From Eledone cirrhosa (taxonomy: Eukaryota): a DNA stretch of 64,000 nucleotides. Where the stretch lies: NCBI GenBank assembly GCA_964016885.1, contig OZ024742.1, positions 299,956,001 through 300,020,000 on the forward strand, in the 5' to 3' direction. The stretch's first letter is position 1. Each line of letters opens with the position of its first letter. Shown here piece after piece: positions 26,864 through 41,558 of the stretch. The position numbers were made by a program, and so were the translations under genes. The notes under the pieces were generated by a model that worked only from the letters and a program-made list of their open reading frames with translations, was not told the origin of the DNA and did not search any database.

Positions 26864-27563
26864 TTTGTTATTTTGAGGTTGTTTTGGGGGGTTTTTTTCC
26901 CTTCCCCTTTTCTTTTTTCTTTTCCCTTCCTTTTTTATGTTTTGATGCCGCTGTTGTTGTTGTTGTTGTAATTGTTGTAAATGTTCATTTCAGTTCATTC
27001 TGAAGCTGTTGTTGCTGTAAATATTAGTGCCGGTGTTGTTGTTGTTGTTGTTGTTGTTGTAGATGTTGGGGTTGAAATCTGGTTGTTTGACTGAGTGATG
27101 TATATACACACATATACATACACACACATATATATATATACATTCAACAGAGAGTAGAGAGTTTGACAACAGGTCGATGACTTTAGTCTCGATAGGGTAT
27201 GGTATGGTAATGACATGTGATGGTGGGGGGAGGGTGTAGACGTTATTGTGGTGGTGGGGACAGTGAGATGTATCTAGTTCATTTGACCGTTTTCTTCTCT
27301 TAGCAAAATTTGAATTCTAGCCATGTTATATTGTGATGTAAGTAAATGTAAAATATAAATAAGGATTGCTCTGCTAAAATATACTAAAATATTTGTGTAA
27401 CTTCCACAAACTTCTGTCGTGACATTCCCGAGTCCAGTGACCAAAAAATTGTTGTATTTTGATGTTTCAGAATACAAAAATTAATAAAAAACTTACCCCA
27501 CGAAAAGACAGCGTGTGTTGTCCTATCTATAAGCTCCCTCGATACATATATATATATATATAT

Positions 27564-27662
<99 letters not shown>

Positions 27663-27681
27663 TACTTACACATATATATAT

Positions 27682-27734
<53 letters not shown>

Positions 27735-27760
27735 AGAAAACACATATTATATATATATAA

Positions 27761-28140
27761 AAATAAAAAGGTGAAAGGGGTAAACAAATAGTTGGGTATA
27801 CGACAAATAATAAATAATTATAAAAGGGTATAAATGTTTATAGCTGATTTAGAGCACTCAACAAATTGCTGGAGCAAATGATCAATGAAAATAAGCATTA
27901 AATCACTGTATGTAATTATGCATATACATACACATACATATATACATATACATATATATATACACACACACACAGCCATGCAAATACACACATATATACA
28001 TACATATACATACATATACGTATATATATATATACATATAGGAAAACGTATGACCCCGACGGCAGAGCTCAAGCCGTTTCTGAGGCTATTATATATATAC
28101 ACACATAAACAATTATATAAAAATACACACACACAAATAT

Positions 28141-28224
<84 letters not shown>

Positions 28225-28311
28225 TAAATACAACAGAAGCATATAAAATACAATGATATACACACATACATATACATACAGATATATATATAAACATATA
28301 TACACATACAT

Positions 28312-28406
<95 letters not shown>

Positions 28407-29849
28407 TACACATATACTCGACACACACACACACACACACACACAGAAATAAATATCTAAAAATAAAAAAGGTGGGTATGTAAAGGGTAAGGTAGAAAGT
28501 AGGGGGGAAAATAAGGAAAATAAATGACATAGGAAAAGGTTTAAATATAAGGGGAGATAAGGGAGAAAAAGAATATAAGAGTACAAAAAGTGAGTTCAGA
28601 AGGTAAAAAACTCGTAGTGGATGTAAGGCGTAAAGAGCAGAGAAGAAGTTCAAGGTGGTTGAGTTATCGTAGGAATGTCAATCCAGTTACAGATCAGATG
28701 TGATTTCAGGTGAGGACAACATCTGAAGATCTCGGTCTTGGAGTTCAGGCAACTTGAAGTGGCTTTACAGTTTTGTAAAATCCTAAATTTTTCAGTGGTA
28801 CACAAAGAACAATTCTTTGTTCCCCTTTGGTACTCCCTCGAATGGTCTAAAATAGACCAATCGATAGAGTACAGGATGTTTTTATCCATGAATTCCCACA
28901 CCTATTTGCGAGAGCCGTTGCTGTTCTTTTATCGGAGTGTTTAAAAGAAGCGACATGTGCATAAAACCTGGTTTTAAACCTGTCATGAGTCATGCCAACA
29001 TATCGTTCATTCCTGGCTGGCTGGTTGTTAATTAAAGGTGTCACTTTAGCCTCATATACAACGGATATATGTTACATTTGCCCTGTAATGGGCATTCATC
29101 CGGCTTCCTGCAACTGCATCCTGGATTTATTCTCGTACGATTAGAATTAGTGATTTTAGACTTCATTGATGGGCAGCAAGAGTAACTAATTTTAACTACA
29201 TTTCTATTAAATATCTTATAATATCTATGATTAGGAGGAAAATATTTGTCTAAGAGGTCAAGAAATTTCCTTCCTACATGAGTTTTGACAGTTAGAGAGA
29301 AGGGGGGTGTAAACCAAATAATTTTCCTTTTCCTATTATTGTGGTTAGTTTTAGGGGGAGGAGTAGGTAATTCCGCATTGACATATGAACCCATTGCAAC
29401 ATCAAAAGAGTTTTCAGGGTTTGACTTTTTAACCCAAATACTTTCATTAGTAAAGAGTAAAGTTTTTCTAGCATGAAAAATAATGTCTTCTTCTAATTTA
29501 GAAATATTAATGAAGGGTCTTGCAAAATCTAAGGCATTAATTAGGAAACAGTAATAGAAGGGTAAAAATCAACAATATCAAATTAGGTAAATCTACACTT
29601 ATTTTTACCTTGTATATTATTAAACCAAGAAATAACAGAGGATGTATTTAACCATTGTGATAAGTCAGTCTTAGTTCTAATTTGGAGAATTATTTTTCTT
29701 AAGATTATTTTTCATTGATCATTTGGTCCAGGAATTGTTGAGTGCTCTAAATCAGCTATAAACATTTATACCCTTTTCTAATTATTTATTTATTTATTAT
29801 TTATCGTATTCCTAACTATTTGTTTACCCCTTTCACCTTTTTATTTTTA
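27761..29849 (-). mobile_element. Degraded Penelope-like element (linker plus GIY-YIG) with inverted terminal copy
   Basis: Frameshifted ORFs 28650-29394: IIWFTPPFS, KISYSC, CSCRKPDECPL, YVGMT..FKTRFYAH, CSLCTTEK, LNSKTE. Inverted arms at 27761-27895 and 29704-29849. Confidence 0.85.
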
Positions 29850-29861
29850 TATATATATATT

Positions 29862-29934
<73 letters not shown>

Positions 29935-29945
29935 ATATATGTATG

Positions 29946-29976
<31 letters not shown>

Positions 29977-30007
29977 ATATATGTATGTATATATATATAT
30001 ATATATA

Positions 30008-30075
<68 letters not shown>

Positions 30076-31463
30076 CGTGTGTGTATATATATAATGTATA
30101 ATATGCAATATAATTACCTCATTACCAGAGGTTTCCCGAATAAGACGAATACGGAAAACGTCCTCATTCGTTCGTCGGACAAGGCAATTTAAAACAGTGA
30201 AATATTTGAAAAGTCTCCTCAAGTAATGCAAAAAATATATAAATAAAAGTAATGCAAGAGATATATAAAAAAAAAAATAAGGAAATATAGTTAGGGTATG
30301 TGTATATGTATGTATATACACTCACAAATGTACATATGTGTGTATGTACAAATGCATGTGTATGGTGAAAATGTGTGCGTAAGTACATATATGAGGGCAA
30401 GTATATTTGTGTATATGTGACCACAAATACGTATCTAATATGAGTTGAAAAAGAAATTGTATGATAATATAGTTGACACGCATCCAGATACAGGTATTAA
30501 ATACACATACGAGTATGAAAGCACGCGTATAAACACACACACACACGCGCGGTCACTTATATGCGGAAGATAAAGAGGGAAGGGAGTGTAATAGTAAAAA
30601 GAAGTGTCATTCTCGATATATGTATAAAAATGAAACAATATATGAGAATGAAAAAATATTTTTTAAATCAAAGAGAAAGTAATCAATTAACACTAGAGAA
30701 AAGAAAACAAACGTAGGTACGCACGTATATACACATATATATATAAAAAAATATTATACACACAAATACGTACAGACAAAAGCGCATGCATGCGTACATA
30801 CATACACACGAGGCACGTATATATATATATATCGCCACATGTATATCTAATCACAGACGCACGTACGCGACTATATACATATATACATATATACATACAC
30901 ACCCATACATACATATACATCTACACACATATACATACACATACACATACATTCACCCGCATAAATAAGTATGTAAAAAACATAGATATAAAAACACACA
31001 TACACACACATATATATACACGTACGCACGCACACATATGGAAGCTTTCGTATACATATACAGAACGTATACACACATAAACACACTCACACACATAGAT
31101 ACAGATTATAAACCAGCCATATGAATAAATGAGTACAAATATAAATATAAAATCGGCTGCGAAACAACAGAATATATCTGCAGTGAAAACCCAAGTGACA
31201 TGTTTTATCAGGTAGTGAAAGAAAATGGGGAAGTAAAATGTGGAATGTGAAGATATTAGGTAGGTGAATCGAAAAGTGTAGGGGGGGGGGGCGTTACTGT
31301 CGGATGTGAAGTAAAAATAAAAATAAAATTAAAAATAAAGTTAAAAATGAAAGTAAATCAGAAAGAGAAGTCTGTAAAGAGTGTAATTTAAGGAAAGTGA
31401 AGAATAAGAGTTTATGGAGGATAAGTATCTGAAAAGTGAGTTAAGTTTATGAGCTGGAAGGAA

Positions 31464-31498
<35 letters not shown>

Positions 31499-31945
31499 AA
31501 AGTTCTATTTAAATTGTTGGGTTACAACAAGCAAATATTTTTATAACTAATATAAAGCACTCGACAAGTATTTGGAGTAAATATACGATATTAATAAATG
31601 GAAACTATATTTATAAAACCATATTTATTTCCTTATACATATTTCAAGGATACCATGTTAAATTATGGTATGCCTTCATCAGACAAAATAAAATATATAC
31701 CAGTTTTATAAATAAACATTGACGTACCCTTTCAAATGCGACTGTTACTTTTGTGAAGGCATACCATAATTTAACATGGTATCCTTGAAATATGTATAAT
31801 GAAATAAATATGGTTTTATAAATATATATATACATATATATTTAAGAGTTTAAACAATACTTCTAAGAATGAGTTTTACACACATACATGTGTGTGTATG
31901 AATTTGTATGTATGTGCGTGGCGTGTGTATATATATGAATAAGTA

Positions 31946-31983
<38 letters not shown>

Positions 31984-31990
<7 letters not shown>

Positions 31991-32663
31991 AAAGACGTAA
32001 GATAAGAAAATATTTTTTTTAAAATTTTTAAAAAATCTTTTACTTACTTACTTAAATTTTCACTCCAACTAATTAGTTTCTGCAATGGGATAAAGACAGT
32101 TACGTAATCCAACTGTCGAGAATTCATTGCGTCATCAGGGAGTCTATTCTCAGCTGAGTCTCCAGGCAATGCGCGGACACTGGCGGCTCATTATAAAAAT
32201 AATAATAATTCGGTAGAAAGAACAGCTGGCGAGGACTGGATTCCATGTACTGAAATTCTCACTGCTTCTAGTCAAATGGCCGATTCTAAAGAATCAATCA
32301 CGTGACACAGAGGCTAGTTAGAAGGAATGGGATGGTAAGATGGACTGACGCCTACTAACACCCCAAAAAAAATTTAGAAGTGGTTTTGGCAGGTTTGCTC
32401 GACAAATCAGTGATTTGGAGATAAATATAGATAATTTAATATATCAACTAACATAGGCGCACAGATGCACGTCCATGCCAGCAAATACACAGGTTATGTC
32501 ATAGTACCTAGGTGGTTCAATGCAGGAGGGTGCAGAACAATAATATAAAAGACGTAAGATAAGAAAATATTTAAAAAAAAAAATTTTTTTTAAATCTTTT
32601 ACTTACTTAAATTTTCACTCCAACTATTTAGTTTCTGCAATGGGATAAAGACAGTTACGTAAT
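31984..32663 (-). mobile_element. Hammerhead-bearing element with ~125-bp terminal direct repeat
   Basis: 31984-32108 is repeated at 32540-32663 (period ~556 bp); abuts (TA)n. Confidence 0.75.
32062..32143 (-). ncRNA. Type I hammerhead ribozyme with extended stem II
   Basis: actcc-CTGATGA-c gcaatg..gacagtt ggattacgt aactgtc..cattgc a-GAAA-ctaattag-TT-ggagt. Confidence 0.82.
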
Positions 32664-32863
32664 TGGTAAACGGAATAGAAAATGCTGACAAATTGTTCAC
32701 AGTTGAAATATGGTTTAATTAAGAATAAAAGAGTATTAGTGATTGTATGGGTTAGTATTCAGTTGTGGTTTGAAGTTTTTTAAGTTTTTAACCGGTTGCG
32801 AATTTCTAAATGCTTTTCAAAAATAATTTTGAGATAGAGTGTCCGTGCTGTTTACTCTGATCA

Positions 32864-32953
32864 GGCAACATGACCCTCCAAAGTATAACAATATCGGTTT
32901 CAACACACGTTTTCAGATAAAGAATCTTGCTAAACAAATTCAGAAACGAAATA
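32864..32953 (+). mobile_element. Terminal fragment of the 8.8-12.2 kb PLE family
   Basis: Reverse complement of ~8753-8841. Confidence 0.85.
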
Positions 32954-32973
32954 ATATATATATATATTATATT

Positions 32974-33028
<55 letters not shown>

Positions 33029-33040
33029 ATATATTATATA

Positions 33041-33090
<50 letters not shown>

Positions 33091-33261
33091 ATATATATAT
33101 AAATAATATATATATATATATAATATATATATATATTATATATATATATATATATTATATATATATATATTATATATATATAATATATATATATATATTT
33201 ATATATAGATATAATTATATATATAATATATATATAATATATATATATATATAGATATAAT

Positions 33262-33292
<31 letters not shown>

Positions 33293-33313
33293 ATATATAT
33301 ATAATATATATAT

Positions 33314-33422
<109 letters not shown>

Positions 33423-33494
33423 TATATATATATATATTATATATATATAATATATATATATATATAGATATAATTATATATATATATATTACAT

Positions 33495-33538
<44 letters not shown>

Positions 33539-33567
33539 TATATATATATTATATATATATATTATAT

Positions 33568-33649
<82 letters not shown>

Positions 33650-33660
33650 TATATATATAT

Positions 33661-34093
33661 AAAAAACAAATGACGAAACGAAATTAAATTCGTTTCGTTT
33701 GTAACTCGCTTAAACAATTAAGTTAAAAAAATTACATCTACATATGCATACTGAAATACTAGTGTGTATATGAATACACACACGTATACATATGTATATG
33801 TAACAAGTCTTTCACTGGTTGCTTTACTGTGAGCACCCAGCTATTCTGTATGTAAACACACAGACAAACCGGTTTTAGAGTCATACTGGTTTTTGAGGGA
33901 ACACCTTCCCTCTATTCTCCTGAAGGCCAGACAAGGAATATTGAACTAGTTTTCGTTGTTGTTACAACTCATCAGCAATATTTACCTATCTACCGGCCCT
34001 TCTGGAGAATTGTAAAAGCACATATCATATATGCTTTTTCTATGAAAATTAGTAGTGGGCAGACTAATTTGCATAGAGTGTGAGTACGCACCT
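33661..34093 (-). mobile_element. Diverged solo copy of the 466-bp hammerhead unit, in (TA)n
   Basis: Colinear with 39667-40110; hammerhead at 33937-33982 on the minus strand. Confidence 0.88.
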
Positions 34094-34373
34094 ATATATA
34101 TATAATTATATCTATATATATATATATATATTATATATATATATAATATATATATATATATATAGATATAATTATATATATATATATTATATATATATAT
34201 ATATATAATATATATATATATATATAGATATAATTATATATATATATATTATATATATATATATATATAATTATATATATATATATAGATATGATTATTA
34301 TATATATATAATATATATATAGATATGATTATATATATATATATAGATATAATTATATATATATATATTATAT

Positions 34374-34528
<155 letters not shown>

Positions 34529-34539
34529 TATACATATAT

Positions 34540-34805
<266 letters not shown>

Positions 34806-34809
34806 TATA

Positions 34810-35112
<303 letters not shown>

Positions 35113-35135
35113 AAATATAATATATATATATATTA

Positions 35136-35446
35136 TTTCGTTTCTGAATTTGTTTAGCAAGATTCTTTATCTGAAAACGTGTGTTGAAACCGATATTGTT
35201 ATACTTTGGGAGGGTCATGTTGCCAATAAGAAACACACGCACCAGTTGCTTTCACTTCAATTTATTATAATAAATTTATAAATTTAGGAATTTATAAATT
35301 TCGGTTGGTTGGTTCCACAGCCAGATGGTTGTTTATATATTGTCAAAGTTCTTTCGTCACACATTCTGTGACCTCTTCAGTGACTGGGGATTCTTTTCTT
35401 TGTTTTTTTGTGCCTCTCCTTTGTTCTGTCCCACGCCATCTTCGCC
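35136..35446 (-). mobile_element. Solo pLTR of the 8.8-12.2 kb PLE family with hammerhead (~35342-35385)
   Basis: Colinear with ~8753-9055 with scattered substitutions; abuts (TA)n. Confidence 0.88.
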
Positions 35447-35544
35447 ATATATATTATATTTAAAGGTTAAACAAGGTTCAATGAATACATCAAAGAATGA
35501 GTTTTACAATAGATTGGAAGCACTCAACAGTAAAGGTTTTCCAG

Positions 35545-38500
35545 AGTTATTAATATTAATTCAAAATATTAACAAAATAGATTTTCTTGTGATCAAATAT
35601 ATTTTATTATACATATTTCAGAGGTACTGCGTTAAGTTCAACAGTCGTCCTCATCAGATAAAATAAGATGATGCATGACATACTCTGACATAGTAGAGGG
35701 TTAAGATTCAGCCATAGTAGTGATTAACATATGACAAAACTCAATATTTATACCCTAATATTGAGAACATGAGAAAAATATATAATACAAACAATAGAGA
35801 GTGTGCGTGTAATACAGCTTAAAAAATACATGGCATCAATATAACAGTTAAACCTTTTTTTTTTAAACTACTGAAGAAAGAGAAAAGAAAGGAAAGCATG
35901 GAGGAAGAAACAGCTGATGTGATAATATATTTAGTAGGTGCCTCGAAAAACAAATGAAAGATGATTAAAGAGAGAGAGAGAGACAAAGGGAAGTAATTTA
36001 TGTTCAAGTTTATAGACAATTATCCATATATGCAATATATATCCAAACTTATTTAGTTGACCGTTAATATTCAAAATATTTAATTTAAGTTATTTCAGAG
36101 TAATGAGTAATATTTTAGGTTTTAAAAGTTAATAGGAATCTGTATTAATATTATATTATACTCTCAAGTTTAATTTCTAAAATTCAAATTTTATGAAAAC
36201 AAATTTAAAGGATTTACGAAGCACGATATAATGCTTTTATACCCTCACGAAAGTAATCTTTAGCAAAGTTATTTATAATATTGACAAAAGTTGATATAAT
36301 ATAATTTATAAAATAATTATAGTTATAATTATTAAAGAATTTATGATTAAACAGTTTGAGTGCCTAAAGGATCAACCGGCCTTATAACTAAACTTAAAGA
36401 AGTCTGAATTTTTAATTATATATATGAGTTAATCAAAAAATACACAAGGATTATAATGTCTAAAGTCTTAAGGTGATACCTTTCAAATATATATAACATA
36501 ATACAATAATACAATATAGTAAATAAGTTACTGAAAATATTGTTAAAAAATTATAATTCAAACACCTGTACTGTGAGTAAATCGGGGAAAAGACCCAGAA
36601 CTAAATCAGTTATATGGTTTGCCCCCCCACCCCCCCACCCACCTGCTTCTGTAGCAGTAAGAACACAACTAGCTAATTTATTTTTTAAAGCTTTAGCTAG
36701 TTCCTTCCCTAGTCAACATAAATACCACTCCATATTTAATAGGCACACAATTAAACTTTCTTATTCTACAACTATGAATATGGCCCAAAACATCGCTAAA
36801 GTAAATAGTATAATTCTAAACCAAAATCAACATAATGCTATTAATAATAATGTTAATATAAATAATAATAAATCGAAATGTAATTGTAGAAATAAACCAG
36901 ATTGCCCTCTGCAAAATAATTGTCTGGATAGAAATCTGGTGTATAAATGCACCGTAAAAACTAATAACAACACATACAACTACATAGGGGCAACTTCTTC
37001 GACATTTAAATCGAGATTTGCGAATCACAAATGCTCATTTTCGAATTTTAATAGGAAGTCTTCGACTTCTTTATCACAACTTATATGGTCATTAAAAGAC
37101 AAAAATTTAAAATACTCGATTTTTTGGACGAAGCTTTGTAATAGTAAAATATACACGAACTCGTCTATATCAACTAACTGCAACCTCTGCACAAAGGAGA
37201 CCCTATTAATAATTACTAATTATGAAAACTTAATTAACAAAAAAAGTGAATTATTTTCAAACTGCCCCCATAAAGCTTTATCCACATTCAAAGCCTCGCA
37301 AAAAGTCAGGAAAAAACACTAAACCAACAGGCCTTAATTTTTGAAGTATCCTATCAACTGTTGGGCCTAAAAAGTCATAACAGTTTATAAAACTTTAATA
37401 ATGCTTTTTCTTCTAATCATTTATGATAAAATTAATGTTAGAATGAAGGATCCTCTTTAGATATATAAACATATTATTTGGTAACTTGTTTATTTGAAAA
37501 ATATGCACACCTTAGAATTATTTTAGATATTTATAATTTTGATGCGGTTCTTTATTTATCTGTCTCTGTTTTAAATATATAATTTGGATATTTAAACTTG
37601 TAAATTTACCAATTATAATTGAACTGTAGATCATTCATGCGTTTGCATATTTTACTCATTTTGAGTATGTTTTGGGGACTCAGAAAGTTATATTTGCATT
37701 TATTTATTTTTTATATATATCTAGGTATAAATATAACAAACCATAATAGTCGACACATATTGGTCTCTCTATCCACTGAACTGGAGGTAAAACTACAATT
37801 ATAACATTACTAATAATGATTATAATTATTTATTTATTAAATGTATACCGTTTCATTAATACCTATAGTAATATCTCTATATAGTTGTACCAATATGTTT
37901 ATCTAGTGTAATACCATAGTCGTAGTCACATTTATAAATAATTTAGATACTCAAATGACTCTCTATTGTTATAAGTGTTTGATATTCCCTGGAAGTTCGA
38001 ACTTATATAATGATTATTACTTAGTTTAATATAATTTAATTTAATTCAATTTATTTTAATTAAATTTAGATTACCTTCGGCTTTTTCAAATATTTAGCTC
38101 CTCTTTCTATCACATTCACTAGATATTTTAGACGTATCTTTTGTCTACTATATATTAAAACCCTATTACATTTTATACTATATTTTTCGCAAACAATTCA
38201 TTATTTTTATTTTTTTATTTTTATATTTATTTTGTATCTAGCCCCTATCATTAGGACTCATGTAGTTTTGACTTATATATAGTATATATCAACTAAATGA
38301 AAATAATTGATATAAAACATTAATTTTTTAACAATATATTTTAACAATATATATTTTTTAACAATATGTTCAGTAACTTATTTACTATATTGTATTATTG
38401 TATTATGTTATATATATTTGAAGGTATCACCTTAGACATTATAATCCTTGTGTATATTTTGATTAACTCATATATATAATTAAAAATTCAGACTTCTTTA

Positions 38501-39340
38501 AGTTTAGTTATAAGGCCGGTTGATCCTTTAGGCACTCAAACTGTTTAATCATAAATTCTTTAATAATTATAACTATAATTATTTTATAAATTATATTATA
38601 TCAACTGTTGTCAATATTATAAATAATTTTGCTAAAGATTACCTTCGTGAGGGTATAAAAGCATTATATTGTGTTTCGTAAATCCTTTAAATTTGTTTTC
38701 ATAAAATTTAAATTTTAGAAATTAAACTTGATAGTATAATATAATATTAATATAGATACCTATTAACTTTTAAAACCTAAAATATTACTCATTACTCTGA
38801 AATAACTCAAATTAAATATTTTGAATATTAACGGTCAACTAAATAAGTTTGGATATATATTGCATATATGGATAATTGTCTATAAACTTGAACATAAATT
38901 ACTCCCCTTTGTCTCTCTCTCTCTTTAATCATCTTTCATTTGTTTTTCGAGGCACCTACTAAATATATTATCACATCAGCTGTTTCTTCCTCTATGCTTT
39001 CCTTTCTTTCCTCTTTCTTCAGTAGTTTTTAAAAAAAAGTTTAACTGGTATATTGATGCCATGTATTTTTTAAGCTGTATCACACGCACCCTCTCTATTT
39101 TTTGTATTATATATTTTTCTCATGTTCTCAATATTAGGGTATAAATATTGAGTTCTGTCATATGTTAATCACTACCATTACTGAATCTTAACCATCTACT
39201 ATGTCAGAGTATGTCATGCATCATTTTATTTTATCTGATGAGGACGTACTGTTGAACTTAACTCAGTACCTCTGAAATATGTATAATAAAATATATTTGA
39301 TCACAAGAATATCTATTTTGTTAATATTTTGAATTAATAT
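35545..39340 (+). mobile_element. Penelope-like element, 5'-truncated, with ~1-kb inverted pseudo-LTR
   Basis: Arms ~35549-36553 and ~38353-39340 are reverse complements. GIY-YIG ORF lies between them; hammerhead-like motif at 39224-39291 on the sense strand. Confidence 0.9.
36540..37322 (+). pseudogene. PLE C-terminal linker plus GIY-YIG endonuclease (no RT)
   Basis: VIWFAPP, IFNRHTIKLSYS, CNCRNKPDCPL..C, LVYKC...YIGATSSTFKSRFANH, CNLCTKE, LINKKSELFSNCPH. Confidence 0.9.
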
Positions 39341-39666
39341 ATATATATTATATATACATATATATATATATATATAGTAGAATAATCGAGTATCGAAAAA
39401 TCGGCGCACGAGTTCACGATAAACAAAATTCGATATGAGCGGCAGAGGGTTCAATAATTTAGATAAATCAGAGCTATAACTATCGTTAAAATACCGTCAC
39501 GCATAGAACAAGTCTATAATCAACCATACGACCGAAAAATTGCGATCTGGAAGATTCGGGACACTCAGATAAAAAATCAATAAATCAATAAATCAAATGA
39601 ATGTAAAAAGCATAATATATATAATATAAATATAATATATATAATATATATATAATATATATATAA

Positions 39667-41397
39667 TAACAAATAACGAAACAAAATTAAATTTCGTTTC
39701 GTTTGTAACTCACTTTTGTATGACTGACGCTTAAACAATTAAGTTAAAAATGTACATCCACATATGTATACTGAAATACTATTATGCATATGAATACACA
39801 CACGTATACATATGTAGATGTACCGAGTTTTTCACTGGTCACTTTACTGTGAGTGTCCAGCTATTCTGTATGTAAACACACAGACAAACCGGTTTTTAGA
39901 GTCATACTGGTTTTTGAGGAAACACCTTTCCTCTATTCTCCAGAAAGCCAGGCAAGGAACATTGAACTAGTTTCGATGTTGTTACATCTCATCAGCAATA
40001 TTTACCTATCTTCCGGCCTCTCTAGAGAATCGTAAAAGCACATATCGTTATATGCTTTTTCTATGAAAATTAGTAGTGGGCAGACTAATTTGCATAGAGC
40101 GTGAGTACGTACCGGTTCAACGGAGACGATAAAAACAAATAACGAAACAAAATTAAATTTCGTTTCGTTTGTAACTCACTTTTGTATGACTGACGCTTAA
40201 ACAATTAAGTTAAAAATGTACATCCACATATGTATACTGAAATACTAGTATGCATATGAATACACACACGTATACATATGTAGATGTACCGAGTTTTTCA
40301 CTGGTCACTTTACTGTGAGTGTCCAGCTATTCTGTATGTAAACACACAGACAAACCGGTTTTTAGAGTCATACTGGTTTTTGAGGAAACACCTTTCCTCT
40401 ATTCTCCAGAAAGCCAGGCAAGGAACATTGAACTAGTTTCGATGTTGTTACATCTCATCAGCAATATTTACCTATCTTCCGGCCTCTCTAGAGAATCGTA
40501 AAGAATCGTAATTTAATTTTGTTTCGTTATTTGTTTTTATCGTCTCCGTTGAACCGGTACGTACTCACGCTCTATGCAAATTAGTCTGCCCACTACTAAT
40601 TTTCATAGAAAAAGCATATAACGATATGTGCTTTTACGATTCTCTAGAGAGGCCGGAAGATAGGTAAATATTGCTGATGAGATGTAACAACATCGAAACT
40701 AGTTCAATGTTCCTTGCCTGGCTTTCTGGAGAATAGAGGAAAGGTGTTTCCTCAAAAACCAGTATGACTCTAAAAACCGGTTTGTCTGTGTGTTTACATA
40801 CAGAATAGCTGGACACTCACAGTAAAGTGACCAGTGAAAAACTCGGTACATCTACATATGTATACGTGTGTGTATTCATATGCATACTAGTATTTCAGTA
40901 TACATATGTGGATGTACATTTTTAACTTAATTGTTTAAGCGTCAGTCATACAAAAGTGAGTTACAAACGAAACGAAATTTAATTTTGTTTCGTTATTTGT
41001 TTTTATCGTCTCCGTTGAACCGGTACGTACTCACGCTCTATGCAAATTAGTCTGCCCACTACTAATTTTCATAGAAAAAGCATATAACGATATGTGCTTT
41101 TACGATTCTCTAGAGAGGCCGGAAGATAGGTAAATATTGCTGATGAGATGTAACAACATCGAAACTAGTTCAATGTTCCTTGCCTGGCTTTCTGGAGAAT
41201 AGAGGAAAGGTGTTTCCTCAAAAACCAGTATGACTCTAAAAACCGGTTTGTCTGTGTGTTTACATACAGAATAGCTGGACACTCACAGTAAAGTGACCAG
41301 TGAAAAACTCGGTACATCTACATATGTATACGTGTGTGTATTCATATGCATACTAGTATTTCAGTATACATATGTGGATGTACATTTTTAACTTAAT
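39667..41397. mobile_element. Tandem then inverted array of a 466-bp hammerhead unit (retrozyme-like)
   Basis: About 1.8 copies forward, switch at ~40503-40510, then about 1.9 copies reversed. Identical marker ORFs at 39853 and 40319 (+), 40634 and 41100 (-). Flanked by (TA)n. Confidence 0.93.
40668..40710 (+). ncRNA. Type I hammerhead ribozyme (other copies 41134-41176 +; 39959-40001 -; 40425-40467 -)
   Basis: atattg-CTGATGA-gatgt aaca acatc-GAAA-ctag-TT-caatgt. Confidence 0.9.
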
Positions 41398-41558
41398 ATA
41401 TATAATATATATATATATATAATATATGTAGATAAATCTACCAAGAGTTTACGGTAGTGTCCAATCCGTATGAAGAACTCAATGTATTCCGGATATCATG
41501 GAAAGAAGAGATGTAATGAAAAATCACTTTCGGTGAAAGATAAACGGTATACAGAGTC

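Noticed and set aside
29704-29750. Hammerhead in the 27.8/29.8-kb inverted arms (and at ~54540-54592)
   Set aside because: The cores are too decayed (TTGATCA; CTGAAGC/GGAA) to call.
39853-41282. Four identical 60-aa ORFs
   Set aside because: They start at GTG, are antisense to the ribozyme and are disrupted in the diverged 33.7-kb copy. They simply mark the repeat period.
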